A stretch of 64,000 bases of DNA, from contig MU053588.1 of NCBI GenBank assembly GCA_013239625.1, positions 2,366,508 through 2,430,507 of the forward strand, in the 5' to 3' direction. The position numbers and the translations under genes are program-made. Position 1 is the first letter of the stretch. Every line of letters begins with the position of its first letter. The DNA comes from Lama guanicoe. Lineage: Eukaryota. Positions 10,462 through 23,329 of this stretch are shown here, one piece after another. The notes below the pieces were generated by a model. That model made no database searches. It was not told where the DNA came from and worked only from the letters and a program-made list of their open reading frames with translations.

Positions 10462-13400
10462 ATGGCAGCCGCGGCCCCTGCAGCAGATGGGGTCCCAGGT
10501 CGGGGGACTCCCGGGGAGGTGATTCATCTGAACGTGGGAGGCAAGAGGTGAGTGTAGGATATTCCTACTCTCGTGGGCGGGAAGTCGGGTGGGAGTACCC
10601 TCTCCTCCCGGGGGGGGGATTCCTGTCCATCAAGGATTGCTCCGCCCCCTCCTGGAGGCGCGGGAGCCTAGACCCGCGCCCGGGTAGGGGAGGGAACGCG
10701 CCCGGGTAGGGGAGGGAACTCACCCGGTCCTGGGACTGAGGAACGCATTTTTCTCATCCTCCTATCACCTCGCGCCTGCTCACCGTCCTGAAGATTCAGT
10801 ACCTCTCGCCAGACTCTCACCTGGATCCCGGACTCTTTCTTTTCCAGGTGATTGGGAGAGCGAGTTTGGGGTGGGGGGCGGGAGGAGAGGGCATGGGGAG
10901 ACGTAATCTTGCCCTCACGCACGCACTCCGGCCCGTGACACCTGTTCTGCGTCCCCTTTCTGCAGTCTTCTGAGCGGACGCATCTCGACACTGAAGGATG
11001 AGACTGGAGCCGTGAGTAGAGCAAAGCTGAAAGGGGGCAGCCGGTAGGAGGAGGGACAGAATCCCCACTCAGCCCCGCAGTTTGTCCCATCCATCATCCC
11101 TTCCCCTTCCCTGCAGATCTTCATCGACAGGGACCCCACCGTCTTCGCCCCCATCCTCAACTTCCTGCGCACCAAAGAGTTGGACCCCAGGTTGGCATGG
11201 ATGATAAAGGGGATTCCCCCACCGTCTTCACCCCTGAGAAGGCTCTTCTTCCTCTAAGAATGTTCATTAAGCTCTTTGATCATATTTAAATTGTGTCCTT
11301 AGAATTCCCCGCAAACACACACACATACACACACATTTTCACCCCCAAATCATTGCTGTTTAGAATCTTGATCCCATTAGAATTTGCTGCCCCTTGGGAT
11401 TCTCTGTGCAGTTTCGAAAACTTCCTCCTAGAATTCTCTGCCCACTCCCACTCACGAGACTCTGACCCCTAGTCAATTCTGCTACCCAGGGGTGTCCATG
11501 GTTCCAGCCTCCTCCACGAAGCCCAGTTTTATGGGCTTACTCCTCTGGGTAAGTGGGGCCGGCCCCCCTTAACATCCTCATTGTATAGAAAACCAGCTCT
11601 CTAGTGATGCTCCCTCTTTCCCTTCTCTCCTGAAAGAAGGTTGAGTTAGAGCTGAGAGCACTGGATTTGGTTCTGGGTCTCAGGAGAGTGGTGGTGTTCT
11701 GTGGAGAAAGAAAGCGGGGAGGGAAAAAGGGATCTTCCTCAGTGTTCCCCAAGTCCCAGCCTTTGAGTCCTTCCACCTCAGTTCGACGTCTGCAGCTGAG
11801 GGAAGAGTTGGATCGATCTTCTTGTGGAAACGTCCTCTTCAATGGTTACCTGCCTCCGCCAGGTGGGAACTACTAAAGAATGGAGGGGGGTGAAGGGGTG
11901 GCTAAAGACTACATTTCCCATAAGGCTGCAGCCCTTGGGTGCCTGGGCTATGAACCCTGAGACGCTATGGGAGTTGTAGTTCTATAGCAGATACTTGGAC
12001 TGATGCTTGGAAAGGAAGTAGGAAACAGCTTTTCCAGTGAGGCAGTAGGCCAAGCTTAACCCCCTTGAGGCTCAGAAGCATGCCCTAGAGCCCGATGGGA
12101 GTTGTAGTCTAGGCTTGATTTCCTTGTAGGGAGGCTCAAGAAAGACTTGTGTCTTTTTCACAGAGGGGAGAAATATTAAAGGAAAGTTATTGACTATAAT
12201 CTCCATGAGACCTTGGAGCGGCCAGCCCACTGGCCATGGAAAATATGCCCTAGTGGTTTTAGAAATTGTAGTCCACTAGGCTTTGCTGTTTGGTGAAAGG
12301 AACAGAGTGGGGAAATTCGATTTATGGCTTTATTTCCCTAACCTCAGTCAATACCTACTACTTTCATGAAGTTTGTGAAATATGAAGACCTATACTGTTG
12401 TTCTCTTAACTTAGTTTGACCCTGTCTTTTTAAAAAAATTTTTGTGGGGGTGATTATAGCTCAGTGATAGAGTGCATACTTAGCACACACGATGTCCTGT
12501 GTTCAGTCCCCAGTATCTCTATTTAAATTTTTTAAATTAAAAAATTATTTAAAATAAAAGCTTCTTATCACTACCTTTATGCCATAAATTAGTAGACATA
12601 AAAATAATCCCCAAACATAACAGTGTAATTAACTCTGGGTAGATGCTGTTGTCTGCCAAGGGGACAGGCTTCCATTTCTTAAAAGGAGAAATTAGCAAAT
12701 ATTGAAGAGGTATCGATAGCCAAGGGGACAGGCTTCCATTTCTTAAAAGGAGAAATTAGCAAATATTGAAGAGGTATCGATATCATGGCCACACCAAACT
12801 GATTCTTACTTTGTGATAGGCTCCAAGAAACTGCAAAGGGAGTAGCTCTCTGTGTGATTCAGTGTCATGTAATGCCACGTCCCTGCACCACCTAAAATCT
12901 TTTTGCCAGGAGACGATGTTCCCCGTGTGGGAAAATCAGTATCAGACACATTTTAAATGCTTATAATGTGGTGATTATTACAATTATTGTCATTCTGTCC
13001 CTTTTCCCTGCCATAGTGTTCCCAGTGAAGCGGCGGAACCGGCACAGCCTGGCAGGGCCCCAGCAAGCAGGGGGGCGCCCAGCTCCTGTTCGCCGGAGCA
13101 ACACGATGCCCCCCAACCTGGGCAATGCAGGGCTGCTGGGCCGAATGCTGGATGAGAAAGCCCCTCCTTCCCCGTCAGGTATGTATCTGTCTCTTGAGAG
13201 ACTAGAGTAGCCAGTGGGCCCTTGGGACCCCAAGCTGATCCCTGCTTTTCCCCACAAGGGCTACCCGAGGAGCCAGGGATGGTGCGCCTGGTGTGTGGAC
13301 ACCACAACTGGATCGCCGTGGCCTATACCCAGTTCCTTGTCTGCTATAGGTGCTCAGGGAGGGCGGTAGCAGGAGGCCTTGAGCCCTGTGGATGGGGTAG

Positions 13401-16400
13401 GCTCAGGGTGAGAGTTAACGATGTCCCCATCCTCCAGGCTGAAGGAAGCCTCTGGCTGGCAGCTGGTGTTTTCCAGTCCCCGCCTGGACTGGCCCATTGA
13501 ACGACTGGCACTCACAGCCCGGGTGCTCAGTGGGGCTTTGGGTGAGCATGACAAGATGGTGGCAGCGGCCATGGGCAGCGAGATCCTGCTGTGGGCTCTG
13601 CAGGCAGAAGGCGGTGGCTCTGAGATAGGTAGGGCATCCAGCTTTTCCCAGAACCCTTTGCCCTTTAGATTTATTTATTTACTTTTAATGCAGGTACTGG
13701 GGATTGAACCCAGGACCTTGTGCATGCTAAGCACACGCTCTACCATTGAGCTGTACACTCCCCTCCCCCCAGCCTTTGCCCTTTAGAATTATATTCCAAC
13801 CTGTGGCCTGTTAAAACAACCCACCCTACACAGTTCTCACACCCATAAGAATTCCATATCCTGTTAGAATTCCTTGGCCTGGTAGAAAAATCCACCCACC
13901 TAGAGTTCTCTCCTCCATCAGAATTCACCATCCTCTCAGATCTCTGCTTTGTTAGAATTCTCCATGCCAGTAAAATCCCTGGGCCTGTTAGAATCTGTTC
14001 CCATTAGAAATCTGACTCTGTAGGCTAATCTGTTCCCTCACAAATCTTAATCCTCGTGAGAAGCCTGTGCCGCCCATAGTCTTTTTTTTTTTTTTTTTGG
14101 CCTTCGTTGAAAATCTCAGCTGTGTTAGAATTCCACACCCCTTTAGAGTCCCACACCCTATCAGGCATCTGGCTCATTGTAATCCTCTGTAATTCCTGCT
14201 GGAATCCTCCATCCTGTTAAGATTCCATGACCCAATTGAATCCTCTGGCCCTTGGAGGTTTTCCTGTCACCCTTCTTCTCCCCTGTGAAGGGGGGTCCTG
14301 GCTGAGTGCTCCTCGCCCTCCACAGGAGTCTTCCATCTGGGGGTGCCCGTGGAGGCCTTATTCTTCGTCGGGAACCAGCTCATCGCCACAAGCCACACAG
14401 GGCGCATCGGGGTGTGGAATGCCGTCACCAAGCACTGGCAGGTCAGGTCGCTGGCCAGCCTGCCTGCCTTTTTCCCACGTGTCCAGACTGGTCAGACCCA
14501 GGGAGGAGTTCCTTTCTGCCCCGACTCAACCTGGAGAGAGCCAGAGACCCTAGCAGTGGGCCAGATCCAGTAAGGAGGCGAGGGCAAGTGTGATAAAGGC
14601 CTAAGGAAAATCAAAGAGGCCCTCCTGGAAGAGGAGCTACTGAGCTGACATGAAGGATAGGTGGGTTTGGAAAGGAAGAGAGGATTCTCCAGGCCCTGGG
14701 AGTTGGTGTAGGAGGCAGAACCCAGAGATAGACATGCAAATGTCTGTGATTCTCTCTGCGCACACCCAAGCTATGTCCAATGGGAAAAAAAAATACACCT
14801 ACAGTGTTGTTTTCTGAAGTGTGAGTGGGTGAGAGAGACAGACAAGCAGAGAAAACAGAGAAAGACACAGAGACAGAGGGAGAGAACCAGAGGCGACAGA
14901 GAGAGAGAGAGAGAAGGGTGGATAGAGAGAAACCAGGACTGAATGACTGGTAGACACAGGGACAGAGAGAGATAGATGGAGATGAAAAAAGACGTGTCAG
15001 AGATACAGAGTCAAGGAGAGGCCAGGAGACAGAAGCGCCAACCAAGAGCCATTCAGAGACAGAGAGACACAGGCCTGGAGCAGGCAAGGCTGGAGTGGGC
15101 CTAAGAAGGCCCCGGGGGAGGTCCTGGAGCAGGGAGGAGAGGCCATGTCAGGAGGGGCACTGCGGAGTCACAGCCCGCCCCGCCTCACCCGCCCCGCAGG
15201 TCCAGGAGGTGCAGCCCATCACCAGTTACGATGCAGCAGGCTCCTTCCTGCTCCTGGGCTGCAGCAACGGCTCCATCTACTACGTGGGTGAGCAGCAGCG
15301 GGCATCCCCGTTGCCTGAGAGCCTCCCCTTGGTGGTGGGAAAGAGGAGAAAGACTGGGGTACCTTGAACAAACCTGCACTACCCTCCCTGCTCACCCCAG
15401 ATGTGCAGAAATTCCCCCTGCGCATGAAGGACAATGACCTCCTTGTCAGCGAGCTCTACCGGGACCCAGCGGAGGACGGAGTCACAGCCCTCAGCGTCTA
15501 CCTCACCCCCAAGACCAGTAAGCTATGACTCAGCTCCCCATTTGGCCATCAGCGGCCAGCTCTGACCCCAGGCCACAGCTGTCTCCCTACCACCTGTGTA
15601 GCATGACCCAGGGAGGTCTACTGGGAGGGAGACAATTCAACTTTCATTTTGTCATTTAACAAACACTCACTGAGCACCAGTTATGTATAAGCTCTGTTCT
15701 AGGTGCTCGACCATGGCAGGCCTCTCCATCAGGGGCAAAATAGATTTCTAATATGTCATCTTTGGGTCTCTGTACCATCTCTGTGAGTAGGGCATGTTGT
15801 TTGCACACTCCTAAAACAAAGAGGACGTGTATTTTACAGTGGACAAAGCTGAGTTCTCTCACTTGGGAGAGTTTTTTGTTTTTGTTTTGCTTTGTTTTCT
15901 TGATCTCAAGTGCAAAAAATAAGTTAATTTTTTGTTTGTTTTTGAGATATAATTCCCATACCGTAAAATTTACAATTTAGTCATTTTTAGTAGATTCACA
16001 AGATTATGCAGGCATCACCACTGTCTAATTCCAGAACATTTTTATCACCCCTGTAAAGAAACCCCACGCACAGTAGTCACACCCCGGTCCTCCCTCCTGA
16101 CAGCCCCTGGAAACCTCTAATCCTCTTTTTGTCTCTATGAATTTGTCTGTTCATTCTCTCTCTGATCCATCCCTTTGTCTCCCGTTCCTCCGTTTCCCAC
16201 ATCTCACCACCTGGTTATCTCCATCTCCCCCTCTCTCCCGGCTTTCTGACTCTGTGTCTGTTCTTTGTCTGTCTGCCTCTTTCTCATTGCCTTGGTTTCT
16301 GTCTGTCTTTAACCCTGTGCCACTCTCCCTCCTCGGCCGGCCCCCCTACCAGGTGACAGTGGGAACTGGATTGAGATCGCCTACGGCACCAGCTCGGGGG

Positions 16401-19400
16401 GTGTGCGGGTCATCGTGCAACACCCCGAGACGGTGGGCTCGGGGCCTCAGCTCTTCCAGACCTTCACAGTGCATCGCAGCCCTGTCACCAAGATCATGCT
16501 GTCGGAGAAACACCTCATCTCTGGTGAGCCGTGCCGGGCTGCCCTGGGTTCCCATCTGCCTGCAGCCGAGGGATGGCTCAGATGGGACCACGAAGCCAGG
16601 CAGATGGGGACATTGTGTGTGGGTGGCCTCTGGAGAATACTGTGAGGGGGACCAGTCTGGGGGAGAGTGAATTTGCAGGGGAAAGGGGAGGACTCATCAA
16701 TGCAGCACTTGGCCAGGCACACGGGACACAGCGATGGACAAGACAGGCCAAGTCCCTCCCCTTATGGAGCTGATGTTCTAGCAGAGGCAGCAGACAATAA
16801 ATCATTGAAAATGTAAATCACAGTCCAACTGTGATGGGGGCCATGAATTAAAAAAAGCCATGTGAGCGGCTAGAGAGCATTAGGGTTACTGGAAAGTATG
16901 TGGTACCGAGAAGGTCTTCATGAGGAAGGAGTTCTGGATGGAAATGAGCAGTGCTGATCATTGTGGACAAGTGTTCCAGGCAGAGGGAAAGGGCGTTGCA
17001 AAGGCTCTGAGGTGGGAGGATGTTTGGTGTGTCAAAGGAAGAGCAGGGACCCCCCTGTGCCGGGAGTGGAGTGGACAAGTAAGAGGGTGGGAGGTGATGG
17101 GGGCAGGTCAGTGGGACCTTGTAACCCTTGAAGAAGACTTTGTCCTTGACCCTGAGTGAGATGGTGCCACGGGAGGGCTCTGAGCAGAGGAGGGCCATGA
17201 CCTGACGCAAGCGTCCAGTGTTCCCTCTAACTGCACATGGGGACAGGCTGTGGGGCAGGACAGAAGCAGGAAGGCCAGGGAGGAGGCCGCAGCATCCATC
17301 GAGGCAGGAGATGAGACAGACAGGACCAGGGTGGGGGTGGGGCAGTGGACAGGGTAAAGTGAGATCTGGCTTGGAAATGATTTGGAGGCAGAGCCAACAG
17401 GATTGTTGACATTTTGAGGAATAGTTCTGGGGAAGAGAGAGTTCTCTGAAAGGGAAGACTTCCGAGGGTCCTGAATCCCAACACCTCTGAAAGGGGGTCA
17501 TCCTGGGGCTCGGGAAGGTAGGGCAGTGGTGATGCCGTGCCTGAGCCTGACCCTCTGCTGCCTCCTCGCTCCTCAGTCTGTGCCGACAACAACCATGTGC
17601 GCACCTGGTCTGTGACTCGCTTCCGCGGCATGATTTCCACCCAGCCCGGCTCCACCCCACTTGCTTCATTCAAGATCCTGGCGCTGGAGTCAGCTGACGG
17701 GCATGGCGGCTGCAGTGCCGGCAATGACATTGGTGCCTCCTGGCCCCTGGTCCCCCACCCCCCGGACCCTGCCTGACCTCCATGGACCTCCACCAATCCC
17801 TTACCTGACCTCTGTAGACCTCTCCTGACCCAGCTGATGTGGTTGACCTCCACCCACCACCTCCTGACCCATGTTGACCTCAATTACTCCCAGTTGAATT
17901 CTGTTACCCTTCCCACTGATTTCTGCTGACTGCTGCCTGACCCAGGAGCCTCCCTCATCCCTGACGTGCCTGAACGCCATTGACTGTTGCTAATCCCCGC
18001 CTCTGAACCCTCTCGGACCTCGCCCAACTCCAGCAGCCTTGGGATGGGGACCCGGTCCTGCAGGGGATGTTCCATCAGTGGGAAAGGGGGCAGAATCTTG
18101 GGGTCTGGAGGTCCCAGGGACCCCAGCTGGCCCTGACTGCCCCCCTCTGACTTGCCCAGGCCCCTATGGTGAGCGGGATGACCAGCAAGTGTTCATTCAG
18201 AAGGTGGTGCCAAGTGCCAGCCAGCTCTTTGTGCGTCTTTCATCCACTGGTCAGCGGTGAGGACCACCCCATCAAACAGGGAGGGTGGTCAGAGGAGAGG
18301 ACAAAATGCCAGCTTGGTCCCAGAGGTCGGAAGAGCATCCCAGCCAAGGGGCACTGCAGGAGCAAAGGCTGGGAGGGAGCACAAGGTCCTAGGTTTAGGG
18401 GCTGGGGTATCATAGATTTGGGAGGGATGGAGAAGCTTAGGTGCTTCTCCCAAGAAGAGAGGCATGAACTGCCACCGTAATGGTGGGAACTGAGGCCGGG
18501 AAGGGAGTAAGGATAAGAGGGACTGGGCCAGGTCCTGGTGTGGCCAAGGTGACCCCTTCCCCTGCCCTCTCAGGGTGTGCTCCGTGCGCTCCGTGGATGG
18601 CTCACCCACCACCGCCTTCACGGTGCTTGAATGTGAGGGCTCCCGGCGGCTTGGGTCTCGGCCCCGGCGCTATCTGCTCACAGGCCAAGCCAACGGCAGC
18701 CTAGCCATGTGGGACCTGACCACTGCGATGGATGGGCTCGGCCAGACCCCTGGTACTCCCCTCCCCAAGGCCCCTAGACTTGCCCTGAATTCCTCTCTAC
18801 AGCCTCCTTCATCACGACCTCCCTCCCCAAGCCCTTGCCCTCTGATCCCCTTCTCTGCCCACCAACCCCTCCTTGCCTTTGCTTTTCAATCGCTCTCTCT
18901 TAGCTTCTGACCCCTGTCCTTTGACCTCTGCATCTTTTCTATTATCCCAACCTCTATCCTTGCACATGACCTTTGTCCCTTGGCCTATGACCCTTGCCTT
19001 GCCCCTGACCCAGCTTCCTCATCCCCCCTCCCCCAGCAGGCGGCCTGACAGAGGAAGAGCTGATGGAACAGCTGGAGCAGTGTGAACTAGCCCCGCTGGC
19101 TTCCTCGAGGGCCTCCCTCCCCAGCCCCTCACCCCGTGCCTCTCTCACCAGGTAGGCATGACTCCACTTTCCTTTATGAGCAATGGGGGAGAGGGCAGAA
19201 CAGGGAGGCCTTGGGAGGGGGTTGGCCCAGCTCCACCCTGATGACCCGCATCGACCCTCATCACCCCCTCAGTCTCCACTCAGCCTTCAGCAACTCCTCA
19301 CTGTCCAGCCGCCGTGGGAGCCCGAGCCCCCCACAGGCTGAAGCCCGGCGCCGCGGAGGAGGCAGCTTTGTGGAACGCTGCCAGGAACTGGTGCGGAGTG

Positions 19401-19504
19401 GGCCGGAGCCCCGGCGGCCACCAACACCAGCCCCCCGGCCCTCCTCAGGTCTCGGGGCTCCCCTTGCACCCCCCAAGATGAAGCTCAATGAAACTTCCTT
19501 CTGA
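10462..19504 (+). CDS. SHKBP1: SH3KBP1-binding protein 1 (BTB/POZ plus WD40-like, KCTD3 family), 704 aa
   Basis: 18 in-frame exons: 10462-10547, 10794-10847, 10966-11011, 11117-11190, 11490-11548, 11782-11862, 13017-13178, 13259-13349, 13438-13628, 14326-14441, 15200-15287, 15401-15517, 16353-16523, 17577-17732, 18160-18256, 18574-18752, 19037-19151, 19273-19504 (2115 nt). BTB starts [28 protein letters not shown]-terminus is KMKLNETSF. PxxxPR motifs PSPSPR and PTPAPR are present. Confidence 0.97.
12446..12545 (+). mobile_element. tRNA-derived SINE (Vic-1-like), diverged
   Basis: TATAGCTCAGTGATAGAGTGCATACTTAGC...GTTCAGTCCCCAGTA followed by an AT-rich tail. Confidence 0.75.
12655..12782. repeat. 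Perfect 64-bp tandem duplication
   Basis: 12655-12718 is identical to 12719-12782 (GCCAAGGGGACAGG...GAGGTATCGATA). Confidence 0.95.
13670..13772 (-). mobile_element. tRNA-derived SINE (Vic-1-like)
   Basis: Reverse-complement copy with a perfect 15-bp TSD CCTTTGCCCTTTAGA at 13655-13669 and 13773-13787. Confidence 0.9.
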
Positions 19505-19666
19505 ACACAGCTGCCATGGTGCCTTGGGGTACCAGGTCTTGGGGGACTCAGGTGCCTCCCCCGCTTCCTGTCAGAGCCCTGGGTTCAGGGCCAGGGCCTC
19601 CGTGGAGTGGTTACTGTTACTAGGCCCCACTATCTCCCCTTTCTAGAGCCAAAGTCACACTTCCCT

Positions 19667-19672
19667 AATAAA
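19667..19672 (+). terminator. SHKBP1: SHKBP1 polyadenylation signal (AATAAA)
   Basis: First AATAAA, about 160 nt after the stop codon. Confidence 0.8.
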
Positions 19673-19812
19673 GTTCTCACTGCCAACACCTTGGTTACAT
19701 TCTTAGAGGGTTTGGGGACCCCTAGGAAAATGTTGGGAGAGATCTGGTGCCCAACCAGGCCCATGGCTGTAGTTTCAAGAACATTTGTCTCTCCAGGTTT
19801 AAGTAAAGAAGA

Positions 19813-20003
19813 GGGCTGGAGGGTATAGCTCAGTGGTAGAGTGCATACTTGGCATTTTAGCATGCACAAGGTCCTGGGTTAAAATCCCAGTACCTCTAGA
19901 AAGGAAGGAAGGAAGGAAAGAAAGAAAAGGAAGGAAGGAAGGAAAGAAAGAAAAGGAAGGAAGGAAGGAAAGAAAAGAAAAGAAAAGAAAGACAGGAAGA
20001 AAG
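19813..20003 (+). mobile_element. tRNA-derived SINE (Vic-1-like) with expanded (GGAA/GAAA)n tail
   Basis: GGGTATAGCTCAGTGGTAGAG...GTCCTGGGTT, then about 100 nt of purine microsatellite. Confidence 0.85.
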
Positions 20004-21184
20004 GTTAATCACATCCACCTACTAGGAAAAAAAACAAGAAGGAGGAGGAGAAGAGAACTTGGTTTTTATAACTGGCTTCAGGTGTGGCTGGATCCAGGGC
20101 TCAAACACTCATCTAGAATGTTTTTTCATCTTTTGGCTTAGCTGTCCTCTGGGATCATTCTCAGTCACCTTTTCTCCACTCTGTGCCAAGATGACTCCAG
20201 GCAGCTCCTCAGCAACTTTTTTTCTCTAATAGCAGCTAAAATGGCAGGACTGATTTTCACTGGCTTAAACTGAGTCAGATGGCCACTCCTGAACCAATCA
20301 CTATGCCCTTCCATTGTTCCAGGTCTCATGTGCCCTCACAAAGCAGGCAGTGAGGTCATCCTCATGTTTTCAGAGTGGAGGAAGAGTTCCTGAAAGGTGA
20401 ATCAGGGTACTGTTACCAAAGCTGGGATAAATGGGTACAGGTTGACAGAAACACAGATGTCAGCTAAATGATTGCCACGTCCTTAACATTTGTATCCCAA
20501 ACTTCACCACTGCAAACATACTGCCCATATCCCTGGCTGTCCAATCTTTCATCTCTCTCCTGACCACACCAGAGAGGGTATGTGGAATAGAATCAGCTCA
20601 CCCCAGCCTGACATCCTTGAGACTTTCCCCTAGATAATACCTGTTTCTATGGCAACTCCTCAGGAAAGTTTTCTGCATCTTTTCCTTGGGTCAATGAAGA
20701 GAAGAGAAAGTGGGCCAACTAAGAACAAGGGATTTTAGGATATGCTAATTCCAGAATTCCAGAGTGTCTGGAATGCCAGTGCTTCTCTAACATGATGGAA
20801 TGGGGTCTAGAATGTTAGGTAATCTGGAACACAGGCATATGCTAGAGTGCTAGTGGATGAACAATATTAGGCTTCTCCCCTGCATAGCAAAGAATCCAGA
20901 CTGTTAAAGTTTCTGACAAAGGGACCTAGAAAGTCAGTGATTCTAGAACGGAAGAGCGTTCTAGAATGCCTGTGAATCTATACCAGTAGGAATATTTTAC
21001 AAGCCAGGGATTCTGGAATGCTAAGACTTATAGGAACACAGAAAGGAAATTGTATTACTAGGAAATCTAGAGCATAGGGGTATTCTGGAATGTCAGCCCT
21101 TCTAGATCATTAGAGGATGTGTTTGTGTTCAAAGAAATCCATAATGGCAAGTAGTCCTGGATTGCCAGAGAATCTAGAATGTGA

Positions 21185-21200
21185 ATGGGAGACCTAAAAT
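21185..21200 (+). CDS. LTBP4: Putative alternative first coding exon of LTBP4 (MGDLK...)
   Basis: ATG GGA GAC CTA AAA T followed by a consensus donor GTGAGT. It splices in frame to 25524-25582 (second frame) and then to the acceptor at 25736. It resembles the recalled human isoform start MGDVK. Confidence 0.55.
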
Positions 21201-23329
21201 GTGAGTGATTCTAAAACATGAGTGTTCTGGAATGTCTGTGAATCTCAAACTCTGGAAATGTTTTGACATTTCAGGGCATTCAGAACACTGGGGAAATGTT
21301 TGAATGTTAGGAAGTCTAGAATGTAGGAAGAGGTTGGGATGTGAGGGATCTAGAATATGGGAGTGTTTTTACAGATGCTCACAGATCTAGAATATTGAGA
21401 TTATTCTTTCCATGCCAGGGAATCCAGAACGCTTGTGTTTCTGGGATGCTAGCGATTCTAGAACTGAGAGAGAGAGAGAGAATGTTGGAAAATCTAGAAC
21501 ACTGGAGAGATTTGTTTGTTTGCTAATACAAGTGTAAAACTGTGTGTGAGCACATACAATGGGAGGGATCTTCTGGAATGCCACGACTCTAGAACTCAGG
21601 GATTCTGAAGGATTGAGATCAGATCAGAATCCAGGAGCGACATAGAAATGACCGTGGGAAACAGTGGCGCTGATAAGGAGGGATTGGGAGCAGAGAACTC
21701 CAAATTCTGGGGGGAGGGGAAGCCAACGCCATCCCCGGAAGTTGCAGTGGTGAGCCAGAGGCTGTTGCCTAGCAACGAGCATTGAAGATGCCCTGGATCC
21801 CAAGCAGAAGGGAGAAATTCGGCAGCGCCCCCAGCAAATGATCCAGCCACAGGGTAGGAGATGGGGAGGGGGGCAACAGGGGCAGGGACATGCTATCCTG
21901 CAGGGCCACGTTAGCAGGGATCTCGGGAGCTACACAAAGACAGGGACACTGAGCACATTCAGTGGGCAGAGCCAGACACTCCATTACTGAGCTGGGACAA
22001 ACCACGAAAGACTGTGAGTGGGGCCTGAGTACCGTGGTTTCTGCTCCAAGGGGCTGTGTGTCCCTGGATGGTGGGTGGGCCCAGGCTTCTGGGTGTCAGT
22101 GTTGGGTGGAGGCGTAGATTGCTGTAGGTGACAGTAATGGTATGAGTGTGGCTGTATGAGTCACCCCGTGTGCCTCACGGTAACACAGGGTGGAGGGATC
22201 CCCTATCCTCCTTGCACACCCTCCGTTTGGAAGAAGGAGCGGGAGATGGGGATAAGGTCGAAGCTGAATCGATTGCTTTTCTTAGTCTGGCGTTAGCCCT
22301 ATGGTCAGGGCTAATGGCCTAGTGTGGGCGGAGCCTGGGATCCACTGGGGTCGGGGCTAACGACACAGAACTGGAAACCTTAAGCATCAAACTGCTGAGA
22401 GAAATGGGGGTATGGAATCCCAGGACAAGGGGCAAACATAAAAGGGCTAGGGATTGGGATCCTAAGTGTAGGGCTGTGGCCCGATTCTCTGTACCAAAAG
22501 GTGTGGACTGAAATTCAAAGGAGAAATGGGCAACTAGGGGGCGGGGTCTGAACTCAGGATGTTTTTAGGAGAAGGGATGCGGAGTTTGTAATTTCTATAA
22601 GAAAGAAGTTGGGGCCTTGAATTCATAATGAAAGGAAGTGGCTAGGCTTGAGACCCTCTGTGTTGGGAGGTTGTGAGCAGGGTTTGGAGCCTGGAACCCA
22701 CGAAAGCAGGTGCAGGTGGGTAGTAAGGTACCTCGTGGCTTGGGGCTCCCCCTGGTAGAGGGGGCTGAAATTCTCTAAAGAAAGAATCTACAATTCTGGG
22801 AGTGGGAGGAGTGCTCTTGGGAGCCTTTAAAGACTCAGGCAGGGAAAGAATGTGTTACCCTCTAGGGGTGACAGTGAACAGGGGTGGGAGTGGAGTCTAT
22901 GGGTCCAGGACGGGAGGCTACAGCCTTCTGAGGAAGGGCTATTGTTTGTTGAGCCTGGAACCGCTGAAACACAGGGCCTTGAGAAGTGGCAAATCTTTGG
23001 GAAGGGCCTGGGGCCCCCAGAGGGGCCGGACCTGGAGCTCAGTGCAGGATTAGCACTCTGTCCCCAGAATTCTGAGTCTCTCATGTGAGAAGTGGGGACC
23101 TGTGATGTCTTTCAGCATCTATGTCAGTCAGAAAGCAAATTCTGATGGACTTCTCCCAGGAATGTAAGCAGAGGGATGAAGTCTTCGAGTGGGAGTCTAA
23201 TTTAGGGGAACCTGCCTACAGCCTACGCATTCCTCTCAGTCGTGAGAGGGGTCCCAGCACCTCCACAGGTGGGGACTCTCCTTTATGAGAGGATTCACTG
23301 AGGCAGTACCCTAGACAGCACTGAAAATT

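Noticed and set aside
10675..10718. 22-bp direct repeat x2 in SHKBP1 intron 1
   Set aside because: A small local duplication with no spacer structure, so not CRISPR-like, and there is no evidence of function.
16848..17669. 273-aa - strand ORF
   Set aside because: Runs through an L2-like fragment and antisense to SHKBP1 exon 14. Most likely a chance ORF.
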